From contig NZ_CP013011.1 in NCBI RefSeq assembly GCF_001412615.1, forward strand, positions 1,440,001-1,472,000: a DNA stretch of 32,000 bases, in the 5' to 3' direction. A program made the translations under genes and the position numbers. Position 1 is the stretch's first letter. Every line of letters starts with the position of its first letter. The notes under the pieces are model-generated. The model saw only the letters and a list, made by a program, of their open reading frames with translations. It did no database searches and was not told where the DNA came from. Shown one piece after another: positions 1-8,636 of this stretch. Origin of the DNA: Pyrodictium delaneyi (lineage in GTDB: Archaea; Thermoproteota; Thermoprotei_A; Sulfolobales; Pyrodictiaceae).

Positions 1-324
1 ACATGTAGCCGTGTGTAGGCTGCCAACCCGGCACCCAAGAGGCAGCTGCCACGACGCCTAGGCCCGGAGCTTGTAGCCGCCGCTGGCGGCCAAGGCCTAT
101 AGCATGGCTGCTGAGGCTCTGGGCCCCAGGGTGTCTTCGAGGCCAGCCTACGGTACTACAGTATTCCCCTCATAGGGTTTTATCCGGAGGCAGCAAACGC
201 GCTAGCTTCATGGCTCCAGTTCCCGGCAATCAAGAAACCAGCACACCTCTATGGTGTTCCCCTTGTAGAACTAGGAGAGCTGGTTCCATGCCGCTTGCAG
301 GACTTTGGCCTGGAGCTTAGGAGC

Positions 325-1605
325 CTAAATGACGAGCTTTTCGTCTTCTATCCGGCGGCTCTTCGTTCCCAGTATGTCTGCGTCTATCTCCTCACCGCCG
401 TAGAGCACAGCCTTCTTCTTGCCCAGGGCGAGGGCTGCAGCTATCCTGCCCACGGCATCAGCCTTCATTATCCCGCTGCCGCTTGTCCCCGCCGCGACGA
501 CTAAGCCGGGCTCGCTGAAGACCACAGGCTGCCCGTCTATCGATATGTCGTAGAAACCCGCCCAGGCCGCAGCGGGCCGGGCACCATTGAACGCTGGGAG
601 GTAGCTGCGTAGGATGGGGTAGACCCCGTAGGTGTAGTAGGGCTCCTCGGGCTGGGGATCCGGCTCCCAGGCGAAGGGCCTACCGAGGTGGTCAGAGGCG
701 CCTACCCAGAACGCGTTCTCCTCGGGGGCTGGGCGTACGTACACCCCCTTGGGCAGGAGGATGAACGGCATTACGCCGTACGGATTAAAGCCCTCTGCGT
801 GAAGAAGCCTCTGGAGCCCAGGAGTATTGGCGCGGAGCACGAAGACCTGCCTCTTCTTCGGCTTGGCGTGAACATCTACGCCTATCGGGTCGAGGAGCAT
901 GGGCGACTCGGCGCCAGCAGCTATTATCGTCACGTCTGCCCGTATCTCGCCATGTTGAGTGACGGCGCCGGCTACTCGGGCCCGCTGCCAGGGGAGGGGC
1001 TCATAGGCTAGGCCAAGAGGCTCCTCGGGCTCTACTATGAGCCGCTCGACCCGGGTGTTGTAGATGGTCTCGACCCCCATTTCCCTTATCCTAGTGTGGT
1101 AGTACTCGACGAGCCTCTCCGGCCTCATTATCCCAGCGTTCTCGGCGAGGATACCGACCTCTATGTCCTCGAGCCCCATGAGCTCCGCCTCCTCATCACC
1201 CCGAACACGCGTCCGTAGCCCCAGTCTCTCCTCTAACTCCCCGGCGTCAATGACCCGGTAGCCTAGGCCGCGGCGCCGCAGCTCCTGGAGCACCGGCTCC
1301 AGCGCCCCATACTTCTCCTCGCTGAGGAGAAAGAGGTAGCCGATGAACTTCATGCCAAGGTCGAAGTTCTCCCTCTCCTGTATGCTCCGGTAGAACGCGA
1401 TACTTGTGGCGGCGAGCGCCATGTTGGTACGCGAGTAGAAGAAGGCGCGGAAAGCCGCTGCACTCCTCCCCGTATCCCCGTGACCGGGGCCGGGGTGTTT
1501 GTCCACCAGGGCTATACTACAGCTGGGGCACTGCTGTTTCACGTGGAAGGCTGTTGCGAGGCCTATTACGCCGGCGCCCACGACTAGCACGTCTACCCTA
1601 GTCAT
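325..1605 (-). CDS. FAD-dependent oxidoreductase (DAO / glycine-sarcosine-D-amino-acid oxidase-like family)
   Basis: ORF 325..1677. The Rossmann dinucleotide motif VLVVGAGVIGLATA begins 5 aa after Met25 (ATG at 1603-1605), so I prefer the 1605 start. The length (~425 aa) and the C-terminal GTSGSGIM-like segment fit the DAO family. Confidence 0.8.
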   Translation of the reverse strand: MTRVDVLVVGAGVIGLATAFHVKQQCPSCSIALVDKHPGPGHGDTGRSAAAFRAFFYSRTNMALAATSIAFYRSIQERENFDLGMKFIGYLFLLSEEKYGALEPVLQELRRRGLGYRVIDAGELEERLGLRTRVRGDEEAELMGLEDIEVGILAENAGIMRPERLVEYYHTRIREMGVETIYNTRVERLIVEPEEPLGLAYEPLPWQRARVAGAVTQHGEIRADVTIIAAGAESPMLLDPIGVDVHAKPKKRQVFVLRANTPGLQRLLHAEGFNPYGVMPFILLPKGVYVRPAPEENAFWVGASDHLGRPFAWEPDPQPEEPYYTYGVYPILRSYLPAFNGARPAAAWAGFYDISIDGQPVVFSEPGLVVAAGTSGSGIMKADAVGRIAAALALGKKKAVLYGGEEIDADILGTKSRRIEDEKLVI

Positions 1606-1720
1606 AATCGCGCCTCCGGCACTAGGGGTCTGAGTCCAGCGAGGCTCTACGATGTCCATGTTGTGGCCGATGCACACCTGGAGATAACTGCTACTATGCG
1701 TGGTCTAGCGGTGGGCCAGC

Positions 1721-1728
1721 TATAAATA
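1721..1728 (+). promoter_or_regulatory. Candidate archaeal TATA box (TATAAATA) for the oxidoreductase operon; may also serve the divergent gene
   Basis: TATAAATA lies in the 90-160 bp divergent intergenic region, 39 nt upstream of the TTG at 1767. Confidence 0.5.
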
Positions 1729-1766
1729 TGGAATCCTGCTGAAGGCTCCTCGGGAGTGGCTAGGCC

Positions 1767-2408
1767 TTGGTCCCGCACGCAACTACCGGCGGTGGGCTCC
1801 TCGAGGCTCTAAGAAGCACTGTAGAGTTGAGGTTTCATGGCCGCGGCGGCCAGGGAGCTGTAACCGCGGCTACGCTCCTCGTCCGCGCCGCGCTGCTGGA
1901 GGGCAAGTGGGGCCAGGCTATCCCCAGCTTTGGAGCCGAGAGACGTGGAGCGCACGTGCTTGCATTCGCCCGTGTCGCCGAGAAGCCGGTGCCTATCCAC
2001 AGTATGGTTCGGAGGCCTGACGTTGTTGTGGTACTTGATCCCTCGCTAATCCTGGTTGAAAAGAAGAAGGTACTGCATGGAGTCAAGCCAGGCGCAAAGA
2101 TAGTGGCTAATCTCCCCGAGCCCGTGGACCTAGGAGACTCTAGCGCCAGGCTCTACTGGGTCAACGCTACCCGCATCGCCCAGGAATTAGGGCTGATTGT
2201 GGCAGGCTGGCCCGTGGTTAACACGGCTATGCTAGGAGCTCTCGCCAAGGCTACGGGTCTGGTCTCGATAGACTCTGTGGTTGAGGCCATCAAGGAGCAT
2301 TGGAGCGGTCGACCGCGGGTAGCGGAGTTGAACGCTGAGGCCGCCCGCCGCGCCTACGCTGAGACCCGGGAAGCTGTAGCCAAGCCGGCGGAGGTGGCTC
2401 AGCCGTGA
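1767..2408 (+). CDS. 2-oxoacid (pyruvate/2-ketoisovalerate):ferredoxin oxidoreductase, gamma subunit
   Basis: The motif RFHGRGGQGAVTAATLL is typical of the PorG/VorG N-terminus. An in-frame TTG at 1827 directly precedes RFHGRGGQG and is an alternative start. The stop overlaps the next gene (GTGA at 2405). Confidence 0.85.
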   Translation: MVPHATTGGGLLEALRSTVELRFHGRGGQGAVTAATLLVRAALLEGKWGQAIPSFGAERRGAHVLAFARVAEKPVPIHSMVRRPDVVVVLDPSLILVEKKKVLHGVKPGAKIVANLPEPVDLGDSSARLYWVNATRIAQELGLIVAGWPVVNTAMLGALAKATGLVSIDSVVEAIKEHWSGRPRVAELNAEAARRAYAETREAVAKPAEVAQP

Positions 2409-2758
2409 CAAGAGCCGATAGGCCAGGCCTTGTGGCTCTAGCCGATCCCGCTGGCCATGTACTGCCGCTATCGCTCGCCGACAAGGGCTCGGCAGGGCGT
2501 ACTGGGTTCTGGCGTACCCAGCGACCCGTACTGAACCCTGAGCGGTGCACTGGCTGCTTCATGTGCTGGCTATACTGCCCCGAGGACGTGATAGAGATGA
2601 AGGAGGGCGCTGGACCGCGTGGCCAGGCGATACCGGTGATCGACTACGAATACTGTAAGGGCTGCGGTGTCTGCGCCAACGTCTGCCCCGTCAAGGCTCT
2701 CGAAATGGTCGACGAGGAGAAGTTTCTACACGAGGAGGTAGTACAAAGGGAGGGTTGA
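2405..2758 (+). CDS. 2-oxoacid:ferredoxin oxidoreductase, delta subunit (2x[4Fe-4S] ferredoxin-like)
   Basis: Two Cys clusters are present, CTGCFMCWLYCP and CKGCGVCANVCP. The gene overlaps gamma by 4 nt. Confidence 0.9.
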   Translation: MTRADRPGLVALADPAGHVLPLSLADKGSAGRTGFWRTQRPVLNPERCTGCFMCWLYCPEDVIEMKEGAGPRGQAIPVIDYEYCKGCGVCANVCPVKALEMVDEEKFLHEEVVQREG

Positions 2759-2765
2759 GCAAGCC

Positions 2766-4001
2766 GTGCCCGTGCTCACAAGCATGAGGGGCAATGAAGC
2801 TGTAGCATACGCGGCTAAGCTGGCCCGCGTAGAGGTTGTAGCAGCATATCCGATAACACCACAGACTATCGTCGTGGAGAAAATCGATGAACTGATAGCA
2901 AGCGGCGAAATGAATGCTGAGATGATACATGTAGAGAGCGAGCATAGCGCACTCGCAGCAGCCTATGGTGCTGCCGCCGGCGGAGTGAGAGCCTTCACGG
3001 CTACTAGCAGCCATGGACTCGCCTACATGTATGAGATGCTCTGGTGGACAGCTGCTAGCCGCATACCCCTAGTAATGGCGATAATTACGAGGGCTCTAGG
3101 CCCACCCTGGAATATCCACGTAGAGCATGCAGACCTAATGAGTACCCGTGATACAGGATGGCTAATAGCCATGGCTGAGAACAACCAGGAGGCACTAGAC
3201 CTGACACTAATGATGTTCCGTGTCACCGAGGACCCACGGGTCTACCTACCCGGCATAATCGGACTCGACGGCTTCATCCTCAGCCACACGGTGGAGCCGC
3301 TTGAGCTGCCCGACCAGGAAACTGTGGACGAGTTCCTGCCACCGCGCCGACAGCCCTACGTGATGGAGCCAGGCGAGCCTAAGGCAATGGGCAACCTGGT
3401 GCCAGACGAGTACTTCGAGGAACTCCGCATGGACATGCACCAGAGCCTTGCCAGGGCCCGCCAGGTCATTATGGAGGCTGGCCGCGAGTATGGTAGGCTC
3501 ACGGGCAGGAGCTACGAAAGCCTCGTAGAGTGCTACCGCTGCAACGACGCCGACATAGTGATAGCTGGCATGGGCTCCTGGATGGGCGACGCCAAGATCA
3601 CAGCCGACGTGCTCCGCGAGAAGGGACTACGCACTGGAGTCCTACGCTTACGCTGGGTGAGGCCCTTCCCCTGGGAGGAGATACGGGAAGCCGCCATGGG
3701 CAAGAAACTGTTGGTGGTGCTCGACCGTAGCGTCTCCTTCGGCCACGCTGGGCCACTCTTCCTAGAGATTAGCAGCGCCGTAGAGGCCAAGCCTAGCATG
3801 GTAGGCATCCTGGCTGGAGTCGGCGGAGTTGATATATCGTACGAGGACATAGCTAGGATGGTTGAGCACATCTACGAAATGGTTGAGGAGAGGGGCCGGG
3901 TCTACATACCGGCCTACTGGTACCACCTCGGCAAGTTCCACCCAATGCCCCCATACGAGTCCGTGTTTCTAGCGCCCGAACAAGCCCCTAAGGGTGAGTA
4001 A
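2766..4001 (+). CDS. 2-oxoacid:ferredoxin oxidoreductase, alpha subunit
   Basis: GNEAVAYAAKLARVEVVAAYPITPQT matches the N-terminus of POR/VOR alpha. The protein is 411 aa and the gene order is gamma-delta-alpha-beta. Confidence 0.9.
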   Translation: MPVLTSMRGNEAVAYAAKLARVEVVAAYPITPQTIVVEKIDELIASGEMNAEMIHVESEHSALAAAYGAAAGGVRAFTATSSHGLAYMYEMLWWTAASRIPLVMAIITRALGPPWNIHVEHADLMSTRDTGWLIAMAENNQEALDLTLMMFRVTEDPRVYLPGIIGLDGFILSHTVEPLELPDQETVDEFLPPRRQPYVMEPGEPKAMGNLVPDEYFEELRMDMHQSLARARQVIMEAGREYGRLTGRSYESLVECYRCNDADIVIAGMGSWMGDAKITADVLREKGLRTGVLRLRWVRPFPWEEIREAAMGKKLLVVLDRSVSFGHAGPLFLEISSAVEAKPSMVGILAGVGGVDISYEDIARMVEHIYEMVEERGRVYIPAYWYHLGKFHPMPPYESVFLAPEQAPKGE

Positions 4002-4003
4002 CC

Positions 4004-4924
4004 GTGGCCGTAAACATACGCAAGCTCCCGCGCAAGAAGTACGTGATGCCGGGTAACGCTGCCTGCCCCGGCTGCCCAGAGACCATGGGGTTCCGCTACG
4101 TAGGAATGGCACTCGGCGAGAAGGCAGTGATGGTGATACCCGCCGGCTGTAGCTCTGTGATCCAGGGACTGTGGCCCCGGCAGGGCTGGGGGCTCCCCGT
4201 ACTCAACATAGTGTTCGCTGCAGGTGCCGCTGCTGCCAGCGGGCTCGCCCGCGCCCTACGCCGCCGCGGCATAGACGCGCAGGTCGTGGTATGGGCTGGT
4301 GACGGCGGCACCGCAGATATAGGCCTCCAGGCTCTCAGCGCTGCTGCCGAACGCGGCGAGGACATCATATACATCTGTGTCGACAACGAGGCCTACATGA
4401 ACACGGGTATCCAGAGGAGCGGCCTCACACCTTACGGTGCCTGGACCACGACGACGCACCAGGGCAAGAAGGAGTTCAAGAAGCCACTCCCACAGATAGT
4501 TGCAGCCCACCGCATCCCCTACGTAGCTACTGCAAGCATCGGTTATCCCTGGGACTTCATAGCTAAGCTCCGCAAGGCGGCGAGTATACGGGGCTTCAAG
4601 TACATACACCTTCACGCGCCTTGCCCGGTAGGCTGGAGGTTCGACCCAGGCCTCACAGCGAAGATAGCACAGCTCGCCGTCGAGACCGGTATGTGGATAC
4701 TTTACGAGTACGAGAACGGAAAACTACGGTTAAACCCGCCGAGCAACCGGCTAATAGACCCCTCGAAGAGGAAGCCTATAGAGGAGTACATTAAGCTGCA
4801 GGGTAGGTTCCGGCACCTAAAACCAGAAGACATCGAGAGGCTACGCCAAGAGGTTGAAATGAACTGGCGCGAGATAACAGCGATGCTGAAGCTGCAGGAG
4901 CTGGAGGAGCGGTCAAAGACCTAG
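4004..4924 (+). CDS. 2-oxoacid:ferredoxin oxidoreductase, beta subunit (TPP-binding)
   Basis: N-terminal Cys motif CPGCPE, TPP-binding GDGGTADIG...CVDNEAYMNTG, and a GTG start 2 nt after the alpha stop. Confidence 0.9.
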   Translation: MAVNIRKLPRKKYVMPGNAACPGCPETMGFRYVGMALGEKAVMVIPAGCSSVIQGLWPRQGWGLPVLNIVFAAGAAAASGLARALRRRGIDAQVVVWAGDGGTADIGLQALSAAAERGEDIIYICVDNEAYMNTGIQRSGLTPYGAWTTTTHQGKKEFKKPLPQIVAAHRIPYVATASIGYPWDFIAKLRKAASIRGFKYIHLHAPCPVGWRFDPGLTAKIAQLAVETGMWILYEYENGKLRLNPPSNRLIDPSKRKPIEEYIKLQGRFRHLKPEDIERLRQEVEMNWREITAMLKLQELEERSKT

Positions 4925-4930
4925 CCTCTG

Positions 4931-4971
4931 CTTTACATCCTCACTATCTTGGATCTTTTGTAAGTACTTTC
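4931..4971. terminator. T-rich convergent intergenic region (possible oligo-T terminators)
   Basis: CTTTACATCC...GGATCTTTTGTAAGTACTTTCT lies between the convergent por operon and the ABC-2 permease. Archaeal termination uses oligo-T runs. Confidence 0.35.
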
Positions 4972-5001
4972 TAACTCCCGGCTCTAGTTGGCCGCCCCCG
5001 T

Positions 5002-5757
5002 CTACTCGTGGCCCCACTTTATGGTCCTCGATGCCACTACTAGCGCCGCTATGTTCCACATTACGAGGACTAGGGCTGGTAGCTGAGGCTGATAGACAGC
5101 ATAGTAGCCCGCGAGGCTCCTCGCCAGCTCTGCTGCCGCTGCTGTGGGTACCATGAGTGCTATAGGCTGGAGCATAGCCGGCAGCGCTGCGAGGGGGTAG
5201 AATACTGGCGGCAGCATTATGAGGATCATTGCTATCGGGTTTGTTATAGCTGATATGTTGGTGTGCTTCCGTATCCTCATCGCTAGTGCTAGGCCTAGGA
5301 ACACTGAGCACGGTAGTAGCAGGAGCCCTGCAGCCACGGCAGCCGGTATGAGCCCTAGCGTGTCTAGGGCTGTTGCTATCAGCGATAGGACTGCTATGCT
5401 GAGCGGCATATGTACTGCAAAATGGCTAGCCAGGAGGCCGAGCAGGTAGCCGCGGGGCGTCACGGGCGACGCTATGTACATCTGGAGTTTGCCGTAGACA
5501 CGTGCCCAGGCTATATCCTGTCCGACAAAGTTTATGCCGGTAGACCAGGCGCCCGCGATTATCCATGCTATTATTATGCTCTTCACTGCCTCGGCGCCGC
5601 CCCACGCCCAGAGTATGAGCGCGAACGATAAAGCCATGAACGCGTCTTGTATCAGCCAGCCAGGCTGCCTGGTCACCCACCGGCTCTCCAGAACTGCTAT
5701 ACCTAGGATACTACGGAGAATGCTAGGTCTAATGTCTCGGCCACCGCTACTGCTCAT
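5002..5757 (-). CDS. ABC-2 type transporter permease
   Basis: A 251-aa polytopic hydrophobic protein (about 6 TM segments). It overlaps the upstream ATPase gene by 11 nt. Confidence 0.75.
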   Translation of the reverse strand: MSSSGGRDIRPSILRSILGIAVLESRWVTRQPGWLIQDAFMALSFALILWAWGGAEAVKSIIIAWIIAGAWSTGINFVGQDIAWARVYGKLQMYIASPVTPRGYLLGLLASHFAVHMPLSIAVLSLIATALDTLGLIPAAVAAGLLLLPCSVFLGLALAMRIRKHTNISAITNPIAMILIMLPPVFYPLAALPAMLQPIALMVPTAAAAELARSLAGYYAVYQPQLPALVLVMWNIAALVVASRTIKWGHE

Positions 5758-6670
5758 TAAGTTTCACCTCCTTACGTGCCTCATGCACGTAGTAAAGATA
5801 GACGTCTTCGAACCCCACGGGTTCTACCGTAGCAGATTCTGCCTCAGCATCTTCTGCTATTGCATGAGCCTCGCTACGGGACGAAGCATACGCTATCAAT
5901 GTGTCACCTACGCGTATAATCTTGGCCGCAAGGCCCTGGGGGTCACGGCGTGGCCGGCGGAGCACGACACGGTAGCGGTAGGGCAGCGCCCCTCGGAGCC
6001 TCCTAGGACTCCCCTCCGCCACCACCCGCCCCTTCGATATAAAGACTGCATGGTCGGCTAACATCTCCGCCTCCCTCATATCATGGGTGGTAAATACTAT
6101 GCATCGTCCCTCGGCTGCTGCGCCCCGGACAGCATCCCATACACCATACCGGCTCTCCACGTCCAGCCCCGTGGTGGGTTCGTCAAGGAACACCACCTCA
6201 GCCTCTGTCGCCAGGGCCATGGCAGTCACTGTTTTCCTCTTCTGGCCGCCGCTCAGCCCCCAGCCACTACGGTTCCGTATTTCCCAAAGCCCTAGCTGTT
6301 TGAGCACCTCGCGAGCACGTCTCTCAGCATCACGTATACTCCAGCCTCGGGCTACGAGATACCACTTCACGGCCTCTAGTGGAGTCCAGTTGAGGTCTAT
6401 ACGGGCCTCCTGTGGCACAAGCGCTATGCGGCGTCGGACCTCCCGGGCCTCCCTGACAATGTCGAAACCCGCTACGAAGCCGCGGCCACGGCTGGGCTTG
6501 AGTATGGTAGATACCATCCCTATGGTTGTGGTCTTCCCGGCCCCGTTGGGTCCGAGAAGTACTGTCACACGACCCCAGGGTGAGGAGAAGCTCACGTCGA
6601 CCGCGCCCCAGACGCCCCCTGGGTACCTCTTAGCCAGGCCCTCCGCTACCACTGCATAGCTGCTAGGCAT
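5747..6670 (-). CDS. ABC transporter ATP-binding protein (ABC-2/CcmA-like exporter)
   Basis: Walker A GPNGAGKTT, signature LSGGQKRK, Walker B VVFLDEPTTGLD and H-loop TTHDM. Confidence 0.9.
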   Translation of the reverse strand: MPSSYAVVAEGLAKRYPGGVWGAVDVSFSSPWGRVTVLLGPNGAGKTTTIGMVSTILKPSRGRGFVAGFDIVREAREVRRRIALVPQEARIDLNWTPLEAVKWYLVARGWSIRDAERRAREVLKQLGLWEIRNRSGWGLSGGQKRKTVTAMALATEAEVVFLDEPTTGLDVESRYGVWDAVRGAAAEGRCIVFTTHDMREAEMLADHAVFISKGRVVAEGSPRRLRGALPYRYRVVLRRPRRDPQGLAAKIIRVGDTLIAYASSRSEAHAIAEDAEAESATVEPVGFEDVYLYYVHEARKEVKLNEQ

Positions 6671-6709
6671 GGTACGCGCCAGCCCGAGTCAAGGTCTCGA
6701 CCAGCAGTT

Positions 6710-6717
6710 CTATATAA
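6710..6717 (-). promoter_or_regulatory. Candidate TATA box (TTTATATA on the minus strand) for the ABC-2 operon
   Basis: The plus strand reads TATATAAA; its reverse complement TTTATATA is the canonical archaeal TATA. It lies 40 nt upstream of the ATG at 6670. Confidence 0.55.
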
Positions 6718-6992
6718 ACCGGCTGTGGATAACGCTCGGCCGAGAAGAGTGGAGCAGTCTCCACACATAGTTCTGAGAGCTTGTGGTCTTAAGGTAAAGT
6801 GGGCCAGGAAGAGCGTAGCCTCGTTAGGGACTATATCGTCACCAATACAACTAGCTAGCTGTGGCGGCTGCTAGTGTTATCTCTTGGCTAAGAGCCGAAG
6901 ACATTAAAACGTAAGACTATGTACTTCATGGATACTATACTGGATTCCTAGCACTAAGGAGTGGGCCACAGACTCCATTGAGGTGAGGAATA

Positions 6993-7325
6993 GTGGGCGG
7001 CGAGATGGTTCGCGCGTACCTCCGCATCTATGGGCTTGTACAAGGCGTGTTCTTCCGGGCCACTATGAGGGACGTGGCGCGCCGGCTCGGAGTAACGGGC
7101 TGGGTGCGCAATATGCCGGATGGCAGCGTGGAGGCCGTCGTTGAGGGACCCCGGGAGGCAGTCGAGAAGGTCATACAGTGGGCGCACCGCGGACCCCCGG
7201 CCGCTCGGGTGGAGCGTGTAGAGGTCATCTGGGAGCCCTACCGGGGCGAGTTCCGGGACTTCACTATACGTTACGACCTAGAACCCTACACACCGAGGCC
7301 CATCAAGCAGAGCGGGGAAGGCTAG
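6993..7325 (+). CDS. acyP: Acylphosphatase
   Basis: [40 protein letters not shown] is the classic acylphosphatase signature. The GTG start at 6993 is preceded by the SD-like GAGGTGA at 6980-6986; an ATG at 7005 is an alternative. There is a ~20-aa C-terminal extension. Confidence 0.9.
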   Translation: MGGEMVRAYLRIYGLVQGVFFRATMRDVARRLGVTGWVRNMPDGSVEAVVEGPREAVEKVIQWAHRGPPAARVERVEVIWEPYRGEFRDFTIRYDLEPYTPRPIKQSGEG

Positions 7326-8506
7326 AGACCACGGCTGGCAGCTAACGCGACTGTCTCCACTATCTCCTCCACATCACTCCTCGTATGACACCACTTCGCC
7401 ACGTACCTCAGTACACCGGGTAGCCGGGAGGGATAGAGTATCCAGCCCTGCCTCCTCAGTGCCTCTGCCACGCTGTCCGCCCTACGCCCCACGTTGAAGG
7501 CTACGAGGGGCGTCGAGGGCCCACCCTGGACCGGGATCCCGGCTGCGCGTAGCCCCTCCGCCACGCGTTCTGCTAGTTCGTAGAGGTGCTGGGCTAGCTT
7601 CTCTACGCCGTCTTGCCCAAGTGCTTCTAGCGCCGCCACCGCGGCAGCGAGCCCGGCTGCTGTACGGGTCCATGGCAGGCCCTGTTGCCTCCCGGAGGGC
7701 ATGTAGGGCGCCTGGTACTCCACTACGTCGAGGAGTTCCGGCGTGTTTGCGAGGAGGACACCGCTAGGTGGCGGTGTTATGTGCTTGTGGAAGTCTATCC
7801 CCACGAGGGCTGGACCACTCCTCGGGAGGATCATGCCCCGAGCCGCTGGGCGGCCTAGAAGGGGGAACCCGCCCCACGCCGCGTCCACGTATAGTACTGC
7901 ACCGCTCTCCCACGCCGCCTCGGCAGCCTCCAGGATTGGGTCAATGGCCCCGTTGTCGGTTACTCCTAGCGTTACAACTACTACTGCTACGCGGCCCTGA
8001 TGGGCACGGAGAAGCCTGCGGAGCGAATCCACGTCCAGGCGGAGGTCGTAGTCCACGGGGGCCTCTATGAGCCTCATGCCGAGTATCCTAGCAGCCTTGG
8101 CTATGCTCGCGTGGGCTGCGCGGCTAGCCATTACGATGTTTCGGCCTGTTGCCTCCCTAGCTATGTAGAGCCCCGTCAAGGCGGATTCACTGCCGCCGCT
8201 CGTGGGCAGCATGCCTAGCTCTGGGCCTAGCAACTCCTCTAGAAGCCGGCGTAACCGCTTCATTAATGTCTCGACACTGTACCACGTCGTGGGGTCGTTG
8301 AGATTCACTCTAGCGTATAGCGTGTAGGCCTCGAGCGCTACGGGGAGGGGTTCAGCCGTCATTCCTCCCGCAACACGGCATGGTGGTGGATCTTCGTCTC
8401 TCAGCCTCTGTAGGTCTTCGAGTATCTTCTCCGCCCTCGCCGGGTCCAGCAACCAGTCGACCCTGTTGCGCAAGCCTAGGTCATGCCCCCGATGCCCGGC
8501 CAACAT
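7322..8506 (-). CDS. Group II PLP-dependent decarboxylase (MfnA-like tyrosine/aspartate/glutamate decarboxylase)
   Basis: [17 protein letters not shown] and [16 protein letters not shown] (PLP-lysine D-x-HK motif) resemble archaeal MfnA-type decarboxylases. Its stop overlaps the acyP stop (CTAG). Confidence 0.8.
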   Translation of the reverse strand: MLAGHRGHDLGLRNRVDWLLDPARAEKILEDLQRLRDEDPPPCRVAGGMTAEPLPVALEAYTLYARVNLNDPTTWYSVETLMKRLRRLLEELLGPELGMLPTSGGSESALTGLYIAREATGRNIVMASRAAHASIAKAARILGMRLIEAPVDYDLRLDVDSLRRLLRAHQGRVAVVVVTLGVTDNGAIDPILEAAEAAWESGAVLYVDAAWGGFPLLGRPAARGMILPRSGPALVGIDFHKHITPPPSGVLLANTPELLDVVEYQAPYMPSGRQQGLPWTRTAAGLAAAVAALEALGQDGVEKLAQHLYELAERVAEGLRAAGIPVQGGPSTPLVAFNVGRRADSVAEALRRQGWILYPSRLPGVLRYVAKWCHTRSDVEEIVETVALAASRGL

Positions 8507-8519
8507 GGTCCGCCCAGCG

Positions 8520-8527
8520 TAAATAGA
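8520..8527 (+). promoter_or_regulatory. Candidate TATA-like element (TAAATAGA) in the divergent intergenic region
   Basis: It is the only A/T-rich octamer in the 130-bp region between 8506 and 8637. Confidence 0.3.
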
Positions 8528-8610
8528 TCTGGTATGCGCCTCTGGGGTGCTACCCGGGTAGTACGAGCCCGGCGGCCCGGCGCGGTGGGTGTGGCTGTAT
8601 GAGTGTTACC

Positions 8611-8631
8611 GTGCCCCCTACTAGGGGGCAC
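8611..8631 (+). promoter_or_regulatory. Perfect 9-bp GC-rich hairpin/palindrome 5 nt upstream of the ATG of the giant ORF
   Basis: GTGCCCCCT-ACT-AGGGGGCAC. A second 12-nt perfect palindrome, CTACCCGGGTAG, lies at 8550-8561. Confidence 0.5.
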
Positions 8632-8636
8632 CCACT

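Noticed and set aside
1-324. The window start: a possible 3' end of a plus-strand gene (frame 2 open to the TAG at 58-60), or the N-terminus of a minus-strand gene running off the edge. There is a small GCCGCC-GCT-GGCGGC hairpin at 76-90.
   Set aside because: The region is too short and lacks motifs. Neither a coding feature nor an RNA gene can be supported.
5534-6659. Plus-strand ORFs 5534..6061, 6083..6295 and 6087..6659; likewise 295..504, 688..1011 and 1404..1601, the ORFs opposite por (2691..3014, 3533..3871, 4096..4615), and 7482..8218, 22621..23162, 23512..23857 and 24581..25015
   Set aside because: All lie antisense or out of frame within genes that carry strong family motifs. Their composition is typical of GC-driven open frames.
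7322-7325. Overlapping convergent 3' ends: acyP/decarboxylase (CTAG, 4 nt), 14023-14046 (24 nt) and 23155-23191 (37 nt)
   Set aside because: Such overlaps are common in compact archaeal genomes. There is no evidence of regulatory significance from sequence alone.
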